From: an uncultured Pseudomonas sp.
GTDB taxonomy: Bacteria; Pseudomonadota; Gammaproteobacteria; Pseudomonadales; Pseudomonadaceae
Direction: 5' to 3'
NCBI GenBank assembly: GCA_963529135.1
Contig: CAURYQ010000003.1
Coordinates: forward strand, 19,827-83,826
DNA: 64,000 nucleotides
Below, in pieces: positions 45,732-55,186 of this stretch (the stretch's first letter is position 1; each line of letters opens with the position of its first letter). Under the pieces are notes generated by a model. The model did not search any database, was not told the DNA's origin, and saw nothing but the letters and a program-made list of their open reading frames with translations. The translations under genes and the position numbers were made by a program.

Positions 45732-48700
45732 ATGGCCCAGATGCCGTTTTCTCCATGCAGCGATGCAAGCAATTGCACCGACCAATCGGTCCACATGCTT
45801 GGAAGGATTTTCGGGCCTGTCATCGACTCGCTGGTCAAAGGGATTGACCCCAACACCGTCGATGCAGGGAATAACATCCTTGCGACCATGTTCAGTTTCT
45901 TCAATAGCGGCATCCTTATCATCGGTTCGCTGATCGTCTCCTACGTGGCGGTCATGGGCGTGACCAATACGGCGAACGATGGTGAGGCCATGGGCAGGAG
46001 CTGGTCGTCCCTGTGGACCCCTGTTCGGATCGTCGTGGGTGGGGCCGTGTTGTTGCCAACCACGAGCGGCTTTTCCTTCATTCAGCTGATTGTGCTGATG
46101 TTTTCGCTGTGGGGCGTCGGGTTTGCCAATGGCACCTACAAGGCTGGGATGGCCATGGGCATATTGTCTCCTGACGGTTTGGTCGCAGGCGTTAATGCAC
46201 CCGGTAATTTCTACGGGCTGAGGGATTTCGCCCGGCAGTACGCGAGCGCAGCGTACTGCGCAAGAGCCGCCACGTACGTATACAGCGGGGCTAATGTAAC
46301 GCCCGTGTCTACCGGTGGTGCCCCCGTGCCTGACAAGACGATGGTGGTCGACGGCCGAAGGGAGCAGACGTTTTTCCTGAAAGATCGGAATGAAGCGAGC
46401 AACCTGGCCGGCGGCTCTGCTATCTGTGGCACCGTCAAACTCTCATCCTACTCGCCGCAACCAGCCGAAGAAGCGATACCGCAGGCGCTTGAGCAGCTGC
46501 GCGCTACTGTGCAAGGCAAAAAGGTGGAGATGGCGCTTCTACTCATGGCGGACATCAGAACCTGGGTTGGGAGCTGGCCATTCACGGTGAATGATCCCGG
46601 TTGGGAAAATGTTGACTCCAATCGCCTCAACGAGATCGTCAAGGCGCGGGAAGCTCAGTTGGCTTCGCAGCTGGCCGCCGAGGTCACCAACCAGCAGGGT
46701 GGAGTCGAAAATGGCCTTGAGGCCTTCATAAAGACACTGACCGACGACGGCTGGGCTGCCGCAGGGGGCTGGTTCCAGCGAGTAGGGATGGTTCGCAGTC
46801 AAATCGCGGGTGTGCTAGCCGATCCTGTAGGCTCGGTCGGCGCTCCCTCGTTAGGGGGGCTGCCCGCTGACGCGCGCGCCTCACTGTTGACCAACAGTGT
46901 CACTACTGTTGCTGAAGCGATCAATGCCAAGGCTGAGGAACGTACAAGCAGTACGCAATCGAGAGCCACCAAGGCCGAGGACATTGCCAGCCTGATTCCC
47001 AAGGACCCAAAGAGCGATATCAACCTCAGCTCGTTGCGTACGGACATGGACGCCAAGATGTCCTCATTCGTCAACGGGGTGATGCTAAACGTGGTGGAAA
47101 TCGCTACTGGAGCGGGCAGTAACGGCCAGACCCCGCTTTGCGGGACGGCGGGGCAGATGGGGGGATCGCTTAACCGCATGAAATGCGTGGGCGACTACCT
47201 GACCGTGGCCCGGGCAGGCATTCTAGTAGCGGATGTGGCCATCAAGACCGCAGGTACTGCAATACGAGTAATTGCCGGTACGCTGTCGTCGGTCAAAGGT
47301 TTGGGTAATGGGCTTGATCTGGACAAGATCGTCACACCCTTGTGGGACTGGGTACTGGAGGTGCCGGTCAAACAGTTGGCGCTCATGGCGACCTACATGG
47401 AGCCGTTGGCTTTCTATTTCGGGGTCTTCCTGCCGAGCCTGCCTTATACCCTGTTCATGATCGTATTCGTCGGCTGGGTACTTGCCGTGTTGCAGTCGAT
47501 CATCGCTGCCCCGTTATGGGCAGTAATGCACATGACGCCTGACCGTACCTTCGTAGGCTCGCAGACTCAGGGCTACTTGCTACTGCTGTCTCTGTTCGCA
47601 CGGCCGGCCCTTGCCATCCTTGGCCTATTCGCTGCTGTTCTGGTATCCGACCCGGTGATCGACTACATCGCCAAAGGGTTCTTCGCAATGCGTGGGGCTG
47701 TTGTCACGTCGTCCGGCAACGTAGGAGCTATCTCGGATTTCCTGACGTTTGCCTGGTGGTTCATGGTCTTCGGCTTGACGCTGCTACCGGTGCTTTACAT
47801 GACCTTCGGCTTGCCGCAGACGCTACCCGATACAGTGCTTACCTGGATAGGTGGTGGCCTGCAGAGCATGGGTGAAACCAGTGCCGTAGGTGACATGCGC
47901 GGTGGCATGGCCCGCGTTGGCTCAAGCGTGCAGGGCTCCAGCACCGGTATGCGCTTGGGAGGTGGTAATGCACAAGGCAAGCTCAGTGGGCCCAATGGCG
48001 GGCCGCCAGATGGTCCACAGGGCGGTGGCCCGGGTGGCGGCGGCGGAGGTATCGGCGGTGCTGGGTCCAGTGGTGGCGGACGTCCAGCGCTTCTCAATGC
48101 CAACAACCAGGGCGTGGGTGGAGATGGTCAGGATTCGGGCAGTGGCGGCGGTGGGGCCGCCGGACAGGATGCGGCACAGGCCAACCGTACCTTTGGTGAG
48201 AAGGTGTCAGATGCTGCCGGCGTTGGGCTGGGACGAGCCATTACCGGCACTGCCGGTGCTACGGGCCGGGCCATGCGTGGCGCCGGCGGTGCTGCCTTGT
48301 CAGCCGGTCGCGCGGGAATCGAGTCATTCCGCAGTCCAGATGGTGGCTCCTCCGCAGCCCGTGTTCGCAGCGGACTCAAGGCAGGGGCATTGGCTGCGGG
48401 TGCTGGATTGGCTGGAGCAGCGAGCCGGGCCGGCGCCGATTACAAACAAGCCTTCTCAACCGCAGGTGCAGAAGGAAAGGCCGCGTTCAACGAAGGCAGC
48501 GACGCACGGATCAAGGCTTATAAAGAGTCGCTTGCAGGCGGTTCGGCACCTGCCGGTAGCGAAGCGGGTGGTGAACCCGTTGGAGGTGATACCGGGCGGT
48601 CAGGCACGGACGTGGCGGGCCAGGGCTTCGAGCAATCAGCCAGCCCAGCCGGTTCGGCACCTGCCGGTAGCGAAATGGATGGTGAGCCCGCTGGGATTGA

Positions 48701-49010
48701 TGCCGGGCGTTCAGGCATGGGCGGGGCGGGTCAGGGCTTCGAGCAATCAGCCAGCCCAGTCGGCTCGGCGCAGGCAGGCAGTGGATCTTCCGTGCCGGGC
48801 AGCACCACCTCGGGCGTTGGGGGCGCAGGCCAAGCGTTCAGCGAGGCGTCAAGCCCTGCGGGTGCCGCGCCCGGCAGCAGTGCTGATACATCTACGGGTA
48901 GTGATGAACGTGCTGGCGGTGGTCAAAACAGCGCGAGTCGCCCAGCGGCACGCACAGGTGATCCCTATGCAACCGACCGTTCGACGGTAGGTAATCAGGA
49001 CGATAAATGA
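45732..49010 (+). CDS. dotA: DotA/TraY-family polytopic membrane protein with a long Gly/Ser/Ala-rich repetitive C-terminal extension
   Basis: The N-terminal block LGRIFGPVIDSL...NILATMFSFFNSGILIIGSLIVSYVAVMGVTNTANDGEAMGRSWSSLWTPVRIVVGGAVLLPT matches the DotA signature region. Multiple TM helices occur around residues 560-700. The tail from about residue 740 is low complexity. Confidence 0.85.
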   Translation: MAQMPFSPCSDASNCTDQSVHMLGRIFGPVIDSLVKGIDPNTVDAGNNILATMFSFFNSGILIIGSLIVSYVAVMGVTNTANDGEAMGRSWSSLWTPVRIVVGGAVLLPTTSGFSFIQLIVLMFSLWGVGFANGTYKAGMAMGILSPDGLVAGVNAPGNFYGLRDFARQYASAAYCARAATYVYSGANVTPVSTGGAPVPDKTMVVDGRREQTFFLKDRNEASNLAGGSAICGTVKLSSYSPQPAEEAIPQALEQLRATVQGKKVEMALLLMADIRTWVGSWPFTVNDPGWENVDSNRLNEIVKAREAQLASQLAAEVTNQQGGVENGLEAFIKTLTDDGWAAAGGWFQRVGMVRSQIAGVLADPVGSVGAPSLGGLPADARASLLTNSVTTVAEAINAKAEERTSSTQSRATKAEDIASLIPKDPKSDINLSSLRTDMDAKMSSFVNGVMLNVVEIATGAGSNGQTPLCGTAGQMGGSLNRMKCVGDYLTVARAGILVADVAIKTAGTAIRVIAGTLSSVKGLGNGLDLDKIVTPLWDWVLEVPVKQLALMATYMEPLAFYFGVFLPSLPYTLFMIVFVGWVLAVLQSIIAAPLWAVMHMTPDRTFVGSQTQGYLLLLSLFARPALAILGLFAAVLVSDPVIDYIAKGFFAMRGAVVTSSGNVGAISDFLTFAWWFMVFGLTLLPVLYMTFGLPQTLPDTVLTWIGGGLQSMGETSAVGDMRGGMARVGSSVQGSSTGMRLGGGNAQGKLSGPNGGPPDGPQGGGPGGGGGGIGGAGSSGGGRPALLNANNQGVGGDGQDSGSGGGGAAGQDAAQANRTFGEKVSDAAGVGLGRAITGTAGATGRAMRGAGGAALSAGRAGIESFRSPDGGSSAARVRSGLKAGALAAGAGLAGAASRAGADYKQAFSTAGAEGKAAFNEGSDARIKAYKESLAGGSAPAGSEAGGEPVGGDTGRSGTDVAGQGFEQSASPAGSAPAGSEMDGEPAGIDAGRSGMGGAGQGFEQSASPVGSAQAGSGSSVPGSTTSGVGGAGQAFSEASSPAGAAPGSSADTSTGSDERAGGGQNSASRPAARTGDPYATDRSTVGNQDDK
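48540..48785 (+). repeat. 111-bp (37-aa) in-frame tandem repeat, 2 full copies plus a partial third, in the dotA tail
   Basis: Copies start at 48540, 48651 and 48762. Peptide unit: GSAPAGSE(A/M)(G/D)GEP(V/A)G(G/I)D(T/A)GRSG(T/M)(D/G)(V/G)AGQGFEQSASP(A/V). Confidence 0.85.
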
Positions 49011-49136
49011 GGCTCGCCAGCTTACGCCGTCTCGGGCTGTCGGAATTTTCCCAACACCTAACGGTCTTGGACGATGGCATACAGAGGTTTATGCCATATG
49101 TCATTCGGCTCCTTTCGCTTTCAGCGGAGATTACCC

Positions 49137-49523
49137 ATGGTTGACGACCCACTTGAAGACCAGCTAAGGCGATTGCTGACTGGCCTGGCTGACCAGGCTA
49201 TCGTCCGTGGCGAGCCCTTCATCTACGATGGTGGCGAGCTGTATGCCGATGATGTCGCAGACATAACGCTAACCTCCGTGCTATGCCTGGCGCAGGCACT
49301 TTCGCGACGGACCGGTTTGGGTGGTTTTGGCTACCGGTTCCACGTGGCGGCGCCGGCCAATCCGATCTTCCCCATTCATATGAGCGCCCCGCAAGAGCCG
49401 CCTGACTTTTTCCAAATCGCACCGTTCGTAGCTGCGGTTTTCCATGCAGACGTGCTTGATGCCCGGCACGACCTAACCGTGCTCTACCGTGCGGCCGAGC
49501 TGGCGATACACCAGCAGGCCTGA
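49137..49523 (+). CDS. hypothetical small protein (128 aa)
   Basis: GGAGA RBS 7 nt before the ATG at 49137. No motif recognised. Confidence 0.5.
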   Translation: MVDDPLEDQLRRLLTGLADQAIVRGEPFIYDGGELYADDVADITLTSVLCLAQALSRRTGLGGFGYRFHVAAPANPIFPIHMSAPQEPPDFFQIAPFVAAVFHADVLDARHDLTVLYRAAELAIHQQA

Positions 49524-49614
49524 GCCGGGTAAGTGCCATGGCTCAAAGTGGGTGAAGCGGACAAGGTTCACATCCAGTGCCGCGACACCCTTGATGTCCG
49601 ACCAGGAGTTGCCC

Positions 49615-50064
49615 ATGCAAGACGACTACTACACAGACGAACAGCCCGCCGGTGCCGAAGACCTGCCGCCAGGAGTGCTGCCGCCCATGCCGGGATACAC
49701 CCACGCTGATCTACTGGCAATTGCCGAGGAACGGGTGCTTGCGTTGCTCGAAGCACAGTCTATTGATCCCGGTTTGATTCGTGAGACCTTGATCGCGCTG
49801 GCCACCCAGCTGTACGCGGCGCTTGAAAGTGAGGCCTTGGAGTACAAGATATCCACATGCCATCAACAGCCCTGCAATGAGGCGCTCCATGCCAGCAACA
49901 TCACCAATCTGGCTGAGAAGGCAGGCGCCCTAGCGGTCAACGCCGCTGCAGACTCACTGGATGGATCACCGATCCTGCGCCTAGGCAAACCTTTCTACGT
50001 GAGTTTCATAGATCAGGCCGGTAATGCGCTGCTTGAGCACGTTCTCAAACTGCGCAAAATTTGA
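49615..50064 (+). CDS. hypothetical small acidic protein (149 aa)
   Basis: AGGAG RBS 6 nt before the ATG at 49615. Highly acidic N-terminus. Directly precedes the lipase-like gene. Confidence 0.55.
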   Translation: MQDDYYTDEQPAGAEDLPPGVLPPMPGYTHADLLAIAEERVLALLEAQSIDPGLIRETLIALATQLYAALESEALEYKISTCHQQPCNEALHASNITNLAEKAGALAVNAAADSLDGSPILRLGKPFYVSFIDQAGNALLEHVLKLRKI

Positions 50065-50090
50065 TCGCAAGCGGATCATAGGGACATGAC

Positions 50091-51869
50091 ATGAGCGGTT
50101 CATTGCACATCACCATCTATCTCGACGGCACGCGAAACAACAAGGACAATGACGGGCCGCAGGGTACCCACACCAACGTAGCGCGGCTCTACGATATTGA
50201 CGCCGCCAGGGGCACGAATCTCGCCCGCAATTCCAGCCATGCACCCGTGCAATACGATTGGCAGGCGTGCGACGGCTTGGCCGAGAAAGTTTATCTGGAC
50301 GGTGTCGGTAGCCAGCGTCGTAACAAGCCCGCCAGTGCATTCGAGTGCGCAACAGGGGCAGGTGGCCGAAGTCGTATAGAGCAGGCCTATGCAGTGCTTG
50401 TAGCGTTTCACAACAAATACCCGGACCGCACGGTAGATGTGAACTTGGTAGGGTTCAGTCGCGGCGCCGCCCAGGCGCGCGCGCTGTCCAACGTGTTCAT
50501 CGAACGGGGCGTGCCCAAGCTCGATAGCCAGCGTCGACCCACCGGTGATTATCTGGTGCAACCCGGTCAAGCGACGGTAAACAAGCTGGCCATCTTCGAT
50601 ACGGTGGCGTCATACGGTAACCCGCTTACCGATTTTCATCTGAACAAAAACCTTGAAATCCACCGAAACGTCGCTTCTACCACGCACTTGATTGCGATGA
50701 ATGAATACCGTGCGACTTTTCCGTTGACCAGTGCGCTGCGCAGTGATGACAACACGCGAATCGAGGAAATCAAGTTTGCCGGAGCACATTCGCAGGTAGG
50801 CGGCGGTTATAGAAACGATGTACTGGCTGCAGGCCCGCTTGCGCTCATGCATCAACGCCTCCAGGCGGCCAGCGTAGCGCTGGGACCTTTGTTACCTGCG
50901 GATGCATTGCGCGTAGAACAATACAATGCGCTGATCAGTGACCCGGTGCGGTTGCAGCAGGCGTTGATCGACTCTCGATTATCCGAGGGGAACGAGGCGT
51001 TCGAACTTGATGATGAAGGTGTCTACAAGGCTGTCGACAATAGCCCGTTCGCGCTCGAGCGCGGCACGTTCAGGCGCTGGGACAAACAAAAGCATCCTTT
51101 TGATCATGTCGTATCTGGACGCAAGGTGATTTATGAGAATGATCAATCGCTGTCCAAACCGCTGACACACATACGCAACGAAGCGCTGGCGCGATGGGCC
51201 AGGTCAGGCCAGGATGGACCTCTGGTTGAGCCCGTGGGTGTGGCGAAGTCCGAAGAAACACTCAAGCGGGGTGCCGATTTCGAAAGCAAGCTGGCAGCGC
51301 TAGATGCCAGCTGTCAGGCCCAGGTCGAGCAGCTCTCGGAACTGCTGACGCGCTCCCGGCCAGACGTCCCTTATCTACAGCAACTGGGACTGGCAGCTGT
51401 GCCAGTGTCATGCGCTGCACGCTACGCCGTAGTGAGGATCAACCCTGAAGGCTCCGCCGCATTCACTGACTTGGGCTTTGAGTACGAACTGGGCCGTATT
51501 CTCGAAGATGCCGCAGACGGTGCCAGAGCTACCGCGCCTCTCAAGATGGACCAGGCATTGCCATTGCACGACACCAATGGGAATGTTGTAGGCAGCCTGC
51601 AGGCCATGCATGAAGTCCCGCCGCGTGAGGATCAAGGGGTAATGATAGCGCTGGACATGCAAGGGGTTTCGATAGGGGCTCAGGCAGATTTTCTGCACGA
51701 TGGGTTTCAGCAGGCAGCCGCTTGGGTTGCGCATCAGGAGCCGGGCCTGCATAGCAATGCATGGATAATACCGGGGAGGGACGGTCAGCCTGTTGGGCAG
51801 GCGTACATCGAAAAAGCTCCAGAGCATGACGTGCAACCCATTGTCGCTTGGGACGGCCCACAACCGTAA
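50091..51869 (+). CDS. DUF2235 / Tle1-like alpha/beta-hydrolase (putative phospholipase effector) with an unknown 350-aa C-terminal region
   Basis: ITIYLDGTRNN (FDGT.N motif), nucleophile elbow GFSRGA (GxSxG) and FAGAHSQVGGGY (HSDVGGGY motif), all in the N-terminal 240 aa. Confidence 0.8.
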   Translation: MSGSLHITIYLDGTRNNKDNDGPQGTHTNVARLYDIDAARGTNLARNSSHAPVQYDWQACDGLAEKVYLDGVGSQRRNKPASAFECATGAGGRSRIEQAYAVLVAFHNKYPDRTVDVNLVGFSRGAAQARALSNVFIERGVPKLDSQRRPTGDYLVQPGQATVNKLAIFDTVASYGNPLTDFHLNKNLEIHRNVASTTHLIAMNEYRATFPLTSALRSDDNTRIEEIKFAGAHSQVGGGYRNDVLAAGPLALMHQRLQAASVALGPLLPADALRVEQYNALISDPVRLQQALIDSRLSEGNEAFELDDEGVYKAVDNSPFALERGTFRRWDKQKHPFDHVVSGRKVIYENDQSLSKPLTHIRNEALARWARSGQDGPLVEPVGVAKSEETLKRGADFESKLAALDASCQAQVEQLSELLTRSRPDVPYLQQLGLAAVPVSCAARYAVVRINPEGSAAFTDLGFEYELGRILEDAADGARATAPLKMDQALPLHDTNGNVVGSLQAMHEVPPREDQGVMIALDMQGVSIGAQADFLHDGFQQAAAWVAHQEPGLHSNAWIIPGRDGQPVGQAYIEKAPEHDVQPIVAWDGPQP

Positions 51870-51989
51870 AGGTCCTGACCAAGCCGGTATAGCCTTTGAA
51901 GCCAGTTGGCTAGATAGGATTCGAAGCATCACAGGCTTACAATACGAGCACGACGATCACTGGATCGGGCAATTTGTCAGGGTTACGAC

Positions 51990-52424
51990 ATGAAAATCGA
52001 AAAGTATCAGCCAGGTACCTTTATCGAACTGGACGATATGGCGGGCGGCCGACGTGTGGCGATGGTGTGCAAAGATGGCGTGACTTATTGGGACTTGCTG
52101 GATGCAACAAGCTGCACGCCGTTATCCATCCATCCTTCTCTCAACCCCGTTGCGCTCGGTACCCTGGTGGAGTTCGCCCGGCGGCACGAACAAGAGAAAG
52201 CTTTGCAAACCTTGGTCGAAGTCATGCGCATCGCTTGTGATGAGCGTCTGAACGATGACCCGCTGTTCGTCATGCGAGCGCTTTGGTTTATAGCACGCAA
52301 GGCCAATGAGGAAGGGCTTGAGTTGGATGCCGTGACCCTTGGTTGGGCCTTCGAGCAAGCCCAGATTCAGGGCCAGGCTGCCAACGGTATCCACCAGTTC
52401 GCAGAGCGATACTGTTCAATGTAG
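51990..52424 (+). CDS. hypothetical cytoplasmic protein (144 aa) downstream of the lipase-like gene
   Basis: Clean ORF with no signal peptide and no motif recognised. Confidence 0.55.
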   Translation: MKIEKYQPGTFIELDDMAGGRRVAMVCKDGVTYWDLLDATSCTPLSIHPSLNPVALGTLVEFARRHEQEKALQTLVEVMRIACDERLNDDPLFVMRALWFIARKANEEGLELDAVTLGWAFEQAQIQGQAANGIHQFAERYCSM

Positions 52425-52461
52425 CGCTTGGCTATTCGCGATTTGCTTCCTTCCACCGCGT

Positions 52462-52487
52462 TACCCCTTCCGACATGAGAAGGGGTA
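52462..52487. terminator. Hairpin between convergent genes (no clear U-tract)
   Basis: TACCCCTTC (52462-52470) pairs with GAAGGGGTA (52479-52487) across an 8-nt loop. Confidence 0.3.
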
Positions 52488-52540
52488 TGCCCCACGCATA
52501 TATGCGCATTCAAAACAAAGGCCTTGCCGCTTGTCGCGTT

Positions 52541-53074
52541 TTACTGACCCACGCGTTTGACGGCTTGCGCAGCATCCCGGGCAGTGCGTTTTATGGCCTT
52601 GACCACGGTACGTTTGTCATAGGTACAGCTGATGTATGTACTACCTGCCTCTGCCCGCAATGACAAGTCATGGTTACCGATTTCTTTTGTGTAGTGGCCC
52701 ACGTCGTCCTGAGGGATGTCAGCCAGTTTGGCAACGGTCTCGATGCTCTCGCCTGAGAAGGCGCCGGTGAACTCGTTGAAGTCACCTTCACCATCGGTAG
52801 CCGAATGCACCGAGAGTTGCGTAATAGGGCGACCAAAAACATCAATGGGATTAGGTACGGTGTACTCGGCATCCGACAGGTCCGACGCCTGAACGATAAC
52901 CTTGCCATTGGCCGCTCTGACCAGCTCGGCAAATTTCTCCGGCGTGATGGGCCGTTTGCAGGTCAGTACCTGGGCGATGCGTGCATTGGCTTCGGCAGGG
53001 TCGAGGGCAGCAGCCTGAGCGTTGATGCAGGCAAAGGCGGTAATCATAGGCAGTGCTAGACAAATAAATTTCAT
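52541..53074 (-). CDS. hypothetical secreted/periplasmic protein (177 aa)
   Basis: Signal peptide MKFICLALPMITAFACINAQA. No motif recognised. Confidence 0.62.
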   Translation of the reverse strand: MKFICLALPMITAFACINAQAAALDPAEANARIAQVLTCKRPITPEKFAELVRAANGKVIVQASDLSDAEYTVPNPIDVFGRPITQLSVHSATDGEGDFNEFTGAFSGESIETVAKLADIPQDDVGHYTKEIGNHDLSLRAEAGSTYISCTYDKRTVVKAIKRTARDAAQAVKRVGQ

Positions 53075-53114
53075 GTATCAGGTCCTTCTGGAATCAAATT
53101 CGTAAAGATGGGTT

Positions 53115-53137
53115 GTTAGAAAAATGTTTTTTCTGAT
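53115..53137 (+). promoter_or_regulatory. Copy 2 of the shared AT-rich motif, GTTAGAAAAATGTTTTTTCTGAT
   Basis: 20/23 identical to 21245-21267. Lies in a divergent intergenic region. Confidence 0.3.
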
Positions 53138-53355
53138 GTTTCTAGTGTGCTTTAAGCCCTATGAATGGTCAAGAAACGCACATGATTAACGCTTTATTCA
53201 TCTTGACGTTTGATACCCCAAAAATTCATACTCGCGCTCCTTGAAATCATTTTTCTGACAAGCCTTTTTGACATTCCAGTATCAGGATGCATCCAGTGCT
53301 TATCCTACTGCAATGGCTGGATCGGCTGACTGGCCCTGACAAGGAATGACGAGCC

Positions 53356-53841
53356 ATGTCTTATCCACTGCCCCCTTCGATCCAGCCTGACCTACCCGCG
53401 CATGAGCGCCGCGTGGCTATGTGGTTGATGTCTGTCCCACTGTTAGGCGCCTTGCTTGCCTTTGCCGTTGCGGTGGTCACAACGCTTATGGGCGAGATGG
53501 TACAGGGTTCACCTCGTTTCTACGCCGCTGCTTTGTCCTACACACTGCTGGTGTTATGCGTGATGCTTCTGCCGGCTTATCTGGCGAGCCTGGGCTGGTA
53601 TGTCTGGTGGACGCGCAAGGGTAGTGCGCGACGGCTGTACCTAGGGCTGTGGCTGGCACCGCTGATAGCACTGATGTGCGCGTGGTTTCCTGCCACATTG
53701 TTCCCGGATTTGCAGCCGCTGGGGCAAGCCCATACCAACCCTGTACGTACCTATCTACTGGCCGGTGCACTGACGCTTCTGTTGGGCTATAGCTGGTCCG
53801 CCGTCGTTTGCCTGTTATTGCGGTTTTGGAGAAATACATGA
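53356..53841 (+). CDS. hypothetical 4-TM membrane protein (161 aa)
   Basis: Four hydrophobic helices. Stop overlaps the next start (ATGA). Confidence 0.58.
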   Translation: MSYPLPPSIQPDLPAHERRVAMWLMSVPLLGALLAFAVAVVTTLMGEMVQGSPRFYAAALSYTLLVLCVMLLPAYLASLGWYVWWTRKGSARRLYLGLWLAPLIALMCAWFPATLFPDLQPLGQAHTNPVRTYLLAGALTLLLGYSWSAVVCLLLRFWRNT

Positions 53842-54467
53842 ACGCTTGTCACACCCCGAAGCGCCGCTTGTTAACCGGGTTATTCGCTGGGCTGGGCATT
53901 GCATTGGCTCCGAAGGCTTTTGGCGGCTTCGAACTGATCGAGAATGTTGCACCGCCTGCGCCACATGTCACCTCCGCAGGGTTGAGCCAGGACACGGCCC
54001 AGCTGCAGCAGACCATTGCCGCGCTGCGCCAGGAAATCCAGAGCCTGCGAGTGCGCCTTGCAGCATCCGAGGCTGACGCGCAGGGTAGTCGCCAAGAGCT
54101 GCTGGCCATTCGCGCCCAGCAGGAGCAGATTCAAACGTCGATCAACCACATGACGTTGAATTTCGCCTTTGGACATTCCAGGTTCGGGCCAAGTGCCGCC
54201 GACGGCAAGGCGTTGGTGCAGGCTGCCAATGCCGCTGATCAAGTACACATCCTGGGCTACACCGATAGCGTCGGTACGCTAGAGGGCAACCGCCGCGTGG
54301 CACAATCCAGGGCGGAGGCGGCCAGATGGTACCTCGTGCGTCATGGCGTCGCGGCGCACAAGATCAGTGCGCAAGGGCAGGTTGGACACTACGCTGCGCC
54401 CAACGATACCGAGGCAGGACGCGCTGCCAACCGTAGGGTGGAATTCGAATTTGTACACAAACCCTGA
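53838..54467 (+). CDS. OmpA-family peptidoglycan-binding protein with coiled-coil linker (functional analogue of IcmN/DotK)
   Basis: Hydrophobic N-terminus, Gln/Leu-rich coiled coil and a C-terminal OmpA-like domain (HILGYTDSVGTLEGNRRVAQSRAEAARWYL ... AANRRVEFEF). Confidence 0.75.
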   Translation: MNACHTPKRRLLTGLFAGLGIALAPKAFGGFELIENVAPPAPHVTSAGLSQDTAQLQQTIAALRQEIQSLRVRLAASEADAQGSRQELLAIRAQQEQIQTSINHMTLNFAFGHSRFGPSAADGKALVQAANAADQVHILGYTDSVGTLEGNRRVAQSRAEAARWYLVRHGVAAHKISAQGQVGHYAAPNDTEAGRAANRRVEFEFVHKP

Positions 54468-54513
54468 TGGCGAGGGGCTGTCCGACGTCTGCCCGCAGAG
54501 CAAGGAATCAAGG

Positions 54514-55158
54514 ATGCATTCGCGCAAAGAACTCGAACAATTAGTGCGACAAGCCATCGGCGGCAACGTATTTGCTCAGGAAGGGGGCGGGTTTGTCGGA
54601 GTCATGGCCAGCAGCCGCGCAGCCGTTCAGAAGGACATACCGGCAGCATTCGAGATGTACACGCTGCTAGAACATTTTCTCGAGACACTGCCCATACGCT
54701 ATGAAACGCTCGCCTACGAGGCCGGGCCGGTAGACCTCAAGCCCGGCATTGTCGTGGACCGCACAGGGAGCAAGATTCTGGCTTTGCTGCCCATCGAGGC
54801 CGGTCATTTCACCGAAGTGGCGTTTTGGTTGGCCGATGCATTGCCCAGCCGTGAGGTGAAAGCGATGGCGGGTTTGCTGGTATTGATGTTCACTGTGCAT
54901 GCTCCTGAAACCATTTGCCATCTACTGCCCGAATGGACAGCTGCGTTCTATGTCCAAGGGAGTGCCGATCATTGTGTGCCAATCCTGGCGCTCAAGTCGG
55001 TACTCGAGGACGAGCGCTTCGGTGGGGACTGGGTGTCGGTGGCCGTTCACCGCCTAAGCGAATTCTCCCTGCCCCAGGCGCAAGCCCAGCAGGCAGTCGG
55101 GGCGCAGATCAAGACGACAAGCCAGGCACACCCTGGCGACACTGGCGTGGCGACCTGA
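54514..55158 (+). CDS. hypothetical protein (214 aa)
   Basis: AAGGA RBS before the ATG at 54514. No motif recognised. Confidence 0.5.
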   Translation: MHSRKELEQLVRQAIGGNVFAQEGGGFVGVMASSRAAVQKDIPAAFEMYTLLEHFLETLPIRYETLAYEAGPVDLKPGIVVDRTGSKILALLPIEAGHFTEVAFWLADALPSREVKAMAGLLVLMFTVHAPETICHLLPEWTAAFYVQGSADHCVPILALKSVLEDERFGGDWVSVAVHRLSEFSLPQAQAQQAVGAQIKTTSQAHPGDTGVAT

Positions 55159-55186
55159 CGGCTGCCAGTGCACTGGAGGTTAGGTC

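Noticed and set aside
48540-48785. Possible CRISPR-like repeat array
   Set aside because: The repeats are 111 bp, directly abutting with no spacers, in frame within a coding sequence, and translate to a repeated peptide. They are a coding tandem repeat, not a CRISPR array.
47890-48990. 366-aa alternative-frame ORF inside the dotA tail
   Set aside because: It arises from the GC-rich low-complexity repeat region, has no independent start signals, and the dotA frame is continuous through it.
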